From contig CAYUYJ010000013.1 of assembly GCA_964449325.1 (NCBI GenBank), forward strand, positions 9,006 through 73,005: DNA of 64,000 nucleotides, in the 5' to 3' direction. The first letter of the stretch is position 1. Each line of letters starts with the position of its first letter. Shown in pieces: positions 29,724 to 36,070 of this stretch. The notes beneath the pieces were generated by a model that worked only from the letters and a program-made list of their open reading frames with translations, ran no database searches and had not been told where the DNA came from. Made by a program: the position numbers and the translations under genes. The DNA is from an uncultured Lachnospiraceae bacterium. Its GTDB lineage: Bacteria; Bacillota; Clostridia; Lachnospirales; Lachnospiraceae.

Positions 29724-30590
29724 TTAATATCTTATATAATTTTCAGGTATTTCAGATAATTCTGTATTGTTTACGTTTGTAAGTTCATACTCTAAGTGTA
29801 CTGTACATGTGAGTTCGTCAGTAGAATATCGAACGGTTTGAATTGATATGTATTCACCAGGCGTATCTAAGTACAAATAAATATCAAATGTTAATGAGCC
29901 ATTCTCCGGCTTTAAGGTATCTGCATCAGCATATAAAAACTGAAGAAAAGTTTCTTCTGTATAATCAAGCAAGTTTTCTACATGTAGAGCTGGACGTCCA
30001 TTATACTCTGATACAGAGGATTTTTGAACAACGATAGCGATATCTTCGTCTGTTATTGAAAATAAATCAAAGAATTTTGCATAAGCTAATCGCTTGGTTT
30101 CAGTACCCTCTTTAAAACTTTTCCAATTGACATTAGCAGAATCGATGTAGTTTGTTGCATAAGTACCGTCCTCAAGGAAATAGTGTTTAGCATATGTGTC
30201 GTCTACTAAGTCTTCTTTATCAGCAGTATTCTGCTTTTCTTCCTCTAGGATGTTCCCATCTTCATCTACACTAATCCATGTATCCTCCCAGGTATGGTCG
30301 TCCATAGGATTTCCTTCTGAGTCTGTTCGGTCGGTATAATAGCGTGCTTTCCTGAAAGTATAGGAGTCATAGTCCATATCCCTTACCTGCTCCAAGAAAG
30401 CAACGATTTCTTCCTCTGTCATAGAGAGGGTTTCCTCTTCCTCCGCTGTAGATTCTTCCTCAATCGTAGATTCCTCGATGATAGTCTCTTCCACTGCTAC
30501 AGTAGACTCGGGAACTTCTTCCTCTGCGGTTTTCTCACAAGCTGTGAGGGTTAATGTTAATAATGTTACTAATAATAAATTTTTCTTCAT
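29724..30590 (-). CDS. lipoprotein of unknown function
   Basis: Start taken at MKKNLLLVTLLTLTLTAC (lipobox LTAC). A Glu-rich linker is followed by a ~200-aa domain with no motif I recognise. Confidence 0.7.
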   Translation of the reverse strand: MKKNLLLVTLLTLTLTACEKTAEEEVPESTVAVEETIIEESTIEEESTAEEEETLSMTEEEIVAFLEQVRDMDYDSYTFRKARYYTDRTDSEGNPMDDHTWEDTWISVDEDGNILEEEKQNTADKEDLVDDTYAKHYFLEDGTYATNYIDSANVNWKSFKEGTETKRLAYAKFFDLFSITDEDIAIVVQKSSVSEYNGRPALHVENLLDYTEETFLQFLYADADTLKPENGSLTFDIYLYLDTPGEYISIQTVRYSTDELTCTVHLEYELTNVNNTELSEIPENYIRY

Positions 30591-30728
30591 AATGATTATC
30601 TCCATTTCCCGGTGCAATCCAGAACTGCACCGATTTATTGTTCTATTGATATATGTAATAAAACGGATAATTCCGTTGGGTTTTCATAGGTAGAATTGAG
30701 GGAGTCGTGGGACTCTCTCGTGTTTGGT

Positions 30729-31019
30729 TTATTCTGCTATGTAGGCACCAAATCCGCCACAATTCATAAGAAAAGACATTTGCAATGATTGGAGCTCTTC
30801 CTTGGTCGGATTCTTGTTAGGCAGGTCTATTATTCCATCTACAAGTATCCGGAAGTAAAGCTGTAAAGCTTCTTTTCGAGTAGGTGTGATATCATAGCTG
30901 TCAAGGAACCCTTCAATGTTATTCCAGTCTACATTGTCAGGGTTCTCCGAAAAATACGTCGCTACATCATCAATAATGCGAATAAAGCCTTCAACACCAT
31001 GTCCATTAATTTTCTCCAT
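30729..31019 (-). CDS. hypothetical protein
   Basis: 96-aa ORF from the second ATG (MEKINGHG...), which is preceded by GAGGT. No recognisable motif. Confidence 0.5.
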   Translation of the reverse strand: MEKINGHGVEGFIRIIDDVATYFSENPDNVDWNNIEGFLDSYDITPTRKEALQLYFRILVDGIIDLPNKNPTKEELQSLQMSFLMNCGGFGAYIAE

Positions 31020-31651
31020 ATCATGTACCTCCATATTAAAGTTTTATTGTACTTTAATATAGCGGATGATTGTTTATTCTTGCGGAGTTGAGTTGACACC
31101 CAATCTAAATGATTGACCCTAAATCCTCCATAGAGTTGATTTCTTTTTTCAATTAGCTGCTTTTCTCCTATTAAGCGCTTCATGCAAGTTATTCCTGCTT
31201 TACGGGATTCTGAGCCACCATTAGAATCACAATAGGCTGTGAGCACTATTGGACGAATATTGTATTCAAATATTGCAGTAGCAGTTGTCAATACACAGCA
31301 GTCTGTATCAGCACCTACAATAAAAACATGTTTTGGAAATTCGCCGTCGTTTAACTGACACAATCTTTGGATAAAACTAGAATTGACACAATTATAAATA
31401 TACTTGTCCTCTGTATAGTCCATAGATTTCAACAACCCATCTGGAATAGATCTTTCTTGCTCTGTTTTAAGTCTTGACCAATTAAACATTTTCTCGTACA
31501 TGCTATTATCAGAATTCAAAAAGCGTGTTCCAATAACTACATCAAAAATCTTTGAATCTAGTAATTTTTCAATTTTTTTTTGATAACTCGATAGTATGTT
31601 TGTATCTTGTAAAACCGTTCTGCATATCAACTACAATTAATATGTTTTTCA
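30962..31651 (-). pseudogene. isochorismatase/cysteine-hydrolase family gene, frameshifted in an A9 run
   Basis: The ATG at 31651 gives MKNILIVVDMQNGFTRYKHTIELSKKN*, the typical family N-terminus, and stops at 31568. The long ORF continues in another frame with GADTDCCVLTTA (catalytic-Cys motif). Removing one A from the run at 31572-31580 joins the two frames. Confidence 0.75.
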
Positions 31652-31707
31652 TAAGGAACCCTTTCCTCATTTATTTAAATAATCTACTACCACTGCGCCT
31701 ATTGCTA

Positions 31708-31842
31708 TTACAAGTGTGGTAATAAGAAGTCTGCATCATCTGGGAATCTTCCCAAAGCCGTATCACGCGATTTTAGAAATCTTGCTTTCGCTGTACTAAA
31801 ATTAATAATAGGAATAGTTTCACTTTTAGCTTTGTCTGTCAT
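31708..31842 (-). CDS. small hypothetical protein (44 aa)
   Basis: Hand-translated as MTDKAKSETIPIINFSTAKARFLKSRDTALGRFPDDADFLLPHL. A strong SD (AAGAGGTG) lies 7 nt upstream. It sits just upstream of the hydrolase pseudogene. Confidence 0.4.
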   Translation of the reverse strand: MTDKAKSETIPIINFSTAKARFLKSRDTALGRFPDDADFLLPHL

Positions 31843-31898
31843 AATATTCACCTCTTAGTTTGTTACATTGTATTTAGTAACAAATTATGGTACACTAA

Positions 31899-31928
31899 CC
31901 TCATCAACTGATGTAGCAGTTGATGAGG
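31899..31928 (-). other. perfect 12-bp hairpin downstream of the DUF262 gene
   Basis: CCTCATCAACTG-N6-CAGTTGATGAGG, about 95 nt after the DUF262 stop. No clean U-tract follows, so a terminator role is uncertain. Confidence 0.45.
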
Positions 31929-32021
31929 CACCGAGCAGCTTGTAACAGTTCAAGCAAATTTTGCTCAGAAAGGAGTACATATGTGCACTCAATTCGATTA
32001 CTAGGAGGTACCAAATGGGAA

Positions 32022-33779
32022 TTACACGCGTACTGTTTCATTAGAGTGGCGGACATATTTTACCCCGTTGTAAAAACATGTTTCACCTATATTTTTGCTT
32101 TTAAATACAAGCAATTCTGTATCGTGGTAATCAAAAGGCTCGAAAGTCTCCAGAATGTACTCTTTAAGCTTTTCTGAAATAGGTTCGGTGTCTAGAAGCT
32201 TCCGTATGCGTCTGTAGTAAGAATCAGTACTGCCACATAATTTCTCAGCTTCTTTTGTTATACCCGGTATATAATGCTGGTTATTAATTAAAGCCTGCTC
32301 TTTGTAAGTACTGTACCAGCTATCATAGGCTTCTTTTGAATCAGCAACACCTAAAACAACTAATCCCTCCTCTTTGGCGCTAGTGGTGTTCGCCATTGCG
32401 ACAAGGGTTTTTGCTATATCGTGAATTACATTCATGTTGACAGATGTAGAAGAAAAATCAGATATACCGACTTTAAATTCTGTCATCTGCCTTTCAATTT
32501 TGGAGTAACCTAATCGTTTGTCTATTTCATCCTGTAGTTCACTATGTTTCTTTGCAATCTGCTTAACAAACGCCGGACGAAGTAGTTTATAGACTATATC
32601 TATTGTTTTGCTTACTTGAGCGTAATCAATCCGGGAGCTTTTTGTAAAAGCATCAAAACTGCCTGCTGCATCTTTTATTGCATTAGCTACCTCTTGATAA
32701 TTCGAAATTACAAACCCTTCTTCCAGCAGTCTGTACACTGCTATAAAAAGAACTTTAAAACATTCGTCTTTATTGCTTACGCGCCGGCTGCTAAATAGAA
32801 AAGATGAAAAATCAGAATTTACTGAGTCGAAAACCATATCTATTGTATCAAAGGTTTTCCTGAATTTGTTTTCCAGATTATCTTTGCCAAGTTCTGAAAT
32901 CCGATTCTCAATCTGGTTGTTCAGGATGGTACCTTTTTCGTACAGCTGGTCTAAACGGTCTTTACTCTTCTTAAAGTCTTTCAATAGAATCATAGCAAAT
33001 AAAGTCTCTATGATTTCTTCATCTTTAGACTCTTTGATATTCTGCGGGTCGATAAGATCATGCCTTCTCCAGAAGACTGCATCCAAGTCAACTCCATAAC
33101 CATACTGTTTATAGCCGACACTAATTTTAGGTATATCGCATAAGCAAATATGGTCATCGTAAGTATGGTCTAAGCGCACATCACTTGCTACGCGTCTAAC
33201 CAAATCAGGAAACTCTCCGACTGCCTTAGACTGTCTCAAATCATGTGAGGAGATTTGTCTTCCAGTTGAATTTATCCTACTGAATATCATATCCACAGTA
33301 GCATTATCCTTACCTGTTATTATAGCAGGAATCTGATATCTGCAGAATTCAATGCACAATTCTTTCGGCAGCAGTCTATCATGCTTCTTTAACTGCTTGT
33401 CCTGATTCATGAGCAGTTGAAATGTTTCATTATTAGCATTAGGGTCAAAGTAACAGTTTTCGTTGTTGTATTCAATTGAGAACTCTCCCAATACAAACGA
33501 GATAATAGCATTGAGTCGCTGCATTCCGTCGACTATCTCGAGAATGTTTCTTTTATTCTCAGAAGGAACATCATATTTAACCAAAAGAATTGCAGGCAAG
33601 GGTATTTCTCTAATCATGGAATCGATAAGGAGTCTTTTTTCATCGATTCCCCATACTAACTTTCTCTGGTATCTACGGTTAACATAAAACAGATTCTGTA
33701 CGTAATTAGCTATTATGTCATTTACAGTATATTTTTCTACAGTTAATGTGTTGCTCATAGTACGGTCACTCCAATTCAT
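32022..33779 (-). CDS. DUF262 (ParB/Srx-like NTPase) - AlbA_2/Schlafen-like fusion protein, defence-type
   Basis: Start taken at MNWSDRT (GGAGG SD 7 nt upstream), giving 585 aa. The N-terminus has DUF262 strings (RRYQRKLVW..., EIVDGMQRLNAI, the DGQQR-type motif). The C-terminal ~150 aa has the AlbA_2 pattern (MTEFKVGI..., IAKTLVAMANT, GLVVLGVAD, KYVRHSNETV). I see no DUF1524 His-Me nuclease motif. Confidence 0.8.
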   Translation of the reverse strand: MNWSDRTMSNTLTVEKYTVNDIIANYVQNLFYVNRRYQRKLVWGIDEKRLLIDSMIREIPLPAILLVKYDVPSENKRNILEIVDGMQRLNAIISFVLGEFSIEYNNENCYFDPNANNETFQLLMNQDKQLKKHDRLLPKELCIEFCRYQIPAIITGKDNATVDMIFSRINSTGRQISSHDLRQSKAVGEFPDLVRRVASDVRLDHTYDDHICLCDIPKISVGYKQYGYGVDLDAVFWRRHDLIDPQNIKESKDEEIIETLFAMILLKDFKKSKDRLDQLYEKGTILNNQIENRISELGKDNLENKFRKTFDTIDMVFDSVNSDFSSFLFSSRRVSNKDECFKVLFIAVYRLLEEGFVISNYQEVANAIKDAAGSFDAFTKSSRIDYAQVSKTIDIVYKLLRPAFVKQIAKKHSELQDEIDKRLGYSKIERQMTEFKVGISDFSSTSVNMNVIHDIAKTLVAMANTTSAKEEGLVVLGVADSKEAYDSWYSTYKEQALINNQHYIPGITKEAEKLCGSTDSYYRRIRKLLDTEPISEKLKEYILETFEPFDYHDTELLVFKSKNIGETCFYNGVKYVRHSNETVRV

Positions 33780-33791
33780 AATGATACCTCC

Positions 33792-33819
33792 ATTATAGCT
33801 TAATATATTATTTTGTAAA
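33792..33819 (-). promoter_or_regulatory. putative sigma-A promoter of the DUF262 gene
   Basis: The minus strand reads TTTACA-N16-TATAAT, and the -10 element ends 1 nt before the GGAGG SD. The region is AT-rich, so a chance match is possible. Confidence 0.35.
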
Positions 33820-33925
33820 TATAATGTTTTCCGTAGACATTGTCTCTGAATTAAAGAGAGTCGCTGCACACGTAGCATAAAAGTATTTACATATTGAGCA
33901 CATACTACTTTGTGTCGAACAAGCT

Positions 33926-33950
33926 GGGTACTAGTAACTTACTAGTACCC
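33926..33950. other. 25-nt near-perfect palindrome (12-bp arms)
   Basis: GGGTACTAGTAA-C-TTACTAGTACCC, followed on the plus strand by TTTCGCTTTAT. Confidence 0.6.
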
Positions 33951-34045
33951 TTTCGCTTTATAATTAATAGCGACAATTGAGACGCTACTGCTGACTTCTC
34001 AGCATAAATAAATTTGTAAAGGGGTACTTTTACCCTTCTTGCGGT

Positions 34046-34099
34046 GCTTATGCCAGGCATTACAGCTTTGGCTGTAATTGCAACGATTGTTGTGAAATG
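34046..34099. repeat. island repeat copy 1 (~55-nt element)
   Basis: GCTTATGCCAGGCATTACAGCTTTGGCTGTAATTGCAACGATTGTTGTGAAATG. It contains a perfect 8-bp dyad ATTACAGC/GCTGTAAT and the CAACGATTGTTG palindrome. Confidence 0.8.
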
Positions 34100-34164
34100 T
34101 GCCTGTTTTTAAAATTAAAATAAGCAATGCCATAGCCAGTGGATTTTCTTATTATGAGGCGCTT

Positions 34165-34219
34165 GATTATGTGTTGGTGTTACAGCTTTAGCTATAATTG
34201 CAACAATTGTTGTGAAATG
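34165..34219. repeat. island repeat copy 2
   Basis: GATTATGTGTTGGTGTTACAGCTTTAGCTATAATTGCAACAATTGTTGTGAAATG, 119 nt after copy 1. Confidence 0.8.
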
Positions 34220-34285
34220 CATACAAACTAAAAGGGGAAGGAATTCGTAGGGTATGCGCATGCCCAATGAATAGCCCTTCTGTTT

Positions 34286-34324
34286 GATTATGCGTTGGTA
34301 TTACAGCCTTAGCTATACAATGTT
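34286..34324. repeat. island repeat copy 3 (truncated/diverged)
   Basis: GATTATGCGTTGGTATTACAGCCTTAGCTATACAATGTT, 121 nt after copy 2. Confidence 0.7.
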
Positions 34325-34478
34325 ATCTACGGGAGCTTGCACTCCCATCATAGATACAGGAGGCAGATAGGGACAGCCCTCTTACTCATTGTCGAAGAAT
34401 ACAATAGAAACTTCTTAATACCTGTGACATAAACACTGCAAGAAAGATAAAAGATATTTTAGTAATACAGCATAGCTT

Positions 34479-34506
34479 GGATACCTATGCGAGCACATAG
34501 GTATCC
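34479..34506. other. perfect 11-bp stem hairpin
   Basis: GGATACCTATG-CGAGCA-CATAGGTATCC within the ORF-poor region. Confidence 0.6.
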
Positions 34507-34586
34507 AACTTGAATCCGCTGCTCTGTAAAAGAACTCAATACAATAAGATTTACAGTGCGGAACGCTGCAACTACATTTTAAAGGG

Positions 34587-34615
34587 GCTGGTAAGTTACC
34601 AGCTCTTTCCTTTTT
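34587..34615 (+). terminator. intrinsic-terminator-like hairpin plus T-tract (plus strand; possibly bidirectional)
   Basis: GCTGGTA-AGT-TACCAGC followed by TCTTTCCTTTTT on the plus strand. On the minus strand it lies 60 nt after the stop of the hexapeptide-repeat gene, with only a weak U-tract. Confidence 0.5.
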
Positions 34616-34662
34616 AGAGAATGACATATTACAAAACCTTTTCAAAAATTTGTCATCGGTAA

Positions 34663-35166
34663 TTAGGACAAAAGTGCTTTAAGTGCTGTGTTTACAGCCT
34701 CTTTGAACGCTTCATCGTCCAGTTCATTAATGCATGTAGGCATATAAAGAGCTGCATTGCTGACTAATTCAGTAATGTACGTAACGAATCGGTCGTCAGA
34801 CGTTATACTCAGCAGAGTCGCAGCGTTGTCTAAGTTGAGCTCACCAGAATTCTGAGTAGGCGCACTCTGTCCCAATAGTTTGGCTAGGTCACTATCTGTA
34901 CTTATATCAACACTGCCGTCAACTATAATATTTTCGCCAATATGCACATTACCATGCACTTTAGCATTTCCATGGACGATAGCAAATCCATGAACATGTG
35001 CACTTCCATAAACATGTGCGACTCCATAAACCTGAGCCTTTCCATAAATCTCAGCATCTCCAGAGACGCAAGCAAATCCACAGACATACGCATTCTCAGA
35101 AACCCGGGCATTCTTGGCAATATTCTGTACAGAATCTGCAGTTGATGAAGTGTATTTTATAATCAT
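34663..35166 (-). CDS. hexapeptide-repeat (left-handed beta-helix) protein with His/Tyr ladder
   Basis: Eleven consecutive 6-residue repeats: NARVSE NAYVCG FACVSG DAEIYG KAQVYG VAHVYG SAHVHG FAIVHG NAKVHG NVHIGE NIIVDG. A helical C-terminal ~70 aa follows. The start is uncertain (ATG 35166 or 35190, neither with a good SD). The upstream part of the tracked 248-aa ORF is judged spurious. Confidence 0.55.
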   Translation of the reverse strand: MIIKYTSSTADSVQNIAKNARVSENAYVCGFACVSGDAEIYGKAQVYGVAHVYGSAHVHGFAIVHGNAKVHGNVHIGENIIVDGSVDISTDSDLAKLLGQSAPTQNSGELNLDNAATLLSITSDDRFVTYITELVSNAALYMPTCINELDDEAFKEAVNTALKALLS

Positions 35167-35188
35167 TAACAAAGAAAGGAGGAAAAGC

Positions 35189-35485
35189 ATGGATAGTATT
35201 TCCAAGGACAAAAGTGAGCTTAAAGTAATTGCCACAGGGATTTTCGTGATTTTGTATCTTTGCACTGTAATAACAGCTGCCGATAAGCTACCCCTAGCTA
35301 TTGGCATTGCACTCTCGTTTACGAATATTATTAGTGCATCAATACTTTGCTGGATTGTAAGTATTACGTTTAAGCATTTACAAAATTTGTGGATATACCA
35401 ATTATCCAAACGCGTGTACTATGCAGCATTGTTGTTCTCAATGGCATTTGTTCCGTTTACTGTATCTCTTAATATTGGTAATTGA
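35189..35485 (+). CDS. small three-TM membrane protein
   Basis: 98-aa ORF (MDSISKDKSELK then three hydrophobic helices) with a strong AAAGGAGG SD 5 nt upstream. It is antisense to the 5' extension of the beta-helix ORF. Confidence 0.55.
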   Translation: MDSISKDKSELKVIATGIFVILYLCTVITAADKLPLAIGIALSFTNIISASILCWIVSITFKHLQNLWIYQLSKRVYYAALLFSMAFVPFTVSLNIGN

Positions 35486-35692
35486 TACGACACTGAACAG
35501 CTTATTTCAATTATCATTTCCTAGGCACATCTAATCTGGTTAGGTGTGTGTCTTTGTGCTTTCACGCTTATTTTTCATTTGATTTAATTAAGACTTTATT
35601 ACTCCAATTATATATGTACTATATGCCCAAAATTTGGCGTTCCTTTACGACTTAAATAGGGAAGACCATAAGCCTTCCCTGTAATCTTTGTC

Positions 35693-36070
35693 TTATCTTT
35701 TCCGTTGCTCCAACGTAGGCCGGAGCACATTGATGTCCCTGAAATACTCTAAATCCTCTCCCTCAAACCGTATCCACAAATCATCGCGATTCGTATGCCC
35801 GTGAGTGCATTTCACAATGTCGAAAGGATTATACTGAGTCAATCCCATAGACGCAAGGATTTCCTCTTTATCTGGTCTTCCTTCCTCAAAACATCTGTCT
35901 CTGAATTTATTCAAGACTGACTGTATTGTTTTTGGACGTCTGCCAAGAAACTTATAAGGTATCTCATCAGTAAACTCTTGGCAAGTAACCTCTTTGGTTT
36001 CTCTGTTTACCTCAACATGAGCCACTACAGTATTGATAAGCATCCAATCAAATATTAGCATCTTTTCCAT
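35693..36070 (-). CDS. HipA-kinase-associated small protein (possible detached HipA N-terminal-like module or antitoxin)
   Basis: 125-aa ORF whose start overlaps the HipA-like gene end by 16 nt, suggesting translational coupling. No HTH motif is evident. Confidence 0.6.
   Translation of the reverse strand: MEKMLIFDWMLINTVVAHVEVNRETKEVTCQEFTDEIPYKFLGRRPKTIQSVLNKFRDRCFEEGRPDKEEILASMGLTQYNPFDIVKCTHGHTNRDDLWIRFEGEDLEYFRDINVLRPTLEQRKR

Noticed and set aside
34046-34324. Possible CRISPR array.
   Set aside because: There are only three copies, and they are diverged and partly truncated. The ~55-nt units at ~120-nt spacing do not fit repeat/spacer geometry. There is no cas gene in the window.
34415-34645. 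76-aa Cys/Ser-rich minus-strand ORF inside the ORF-poor region.
   Set aside because: It has no SD. It spans the strong hairpins and the terminator-like stem, and its composition looks non-coding. The region is better treated as RNA or regulatory.
33780-34662. Retron msr/msd, group II intron, or type III (ToxIN-like) antitoxin array.
   Set aside because: There is no reverse transcriptase or intron-encoded protein nearby. No ToxN/AbiE-like endoribonuclease ORF lies immediately downstream of the repeats on either strand. The repeats are too few and too widely spaced for known type III arrays. This cannot be fully excluded without covariance-model searches.
35167-35409. N-terminal 81 codons of the tracked 248-aa ORF (TTG start) that would give the beta-helix protein a membrane domain.
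   Set aside because: It has a TTG start without an SD. It is antisense to a plus-strand 3-TM ORF with a near-perfect SD. The hydrophobic look is the mirror image of that membrane ORF. The question remains open in the findings.
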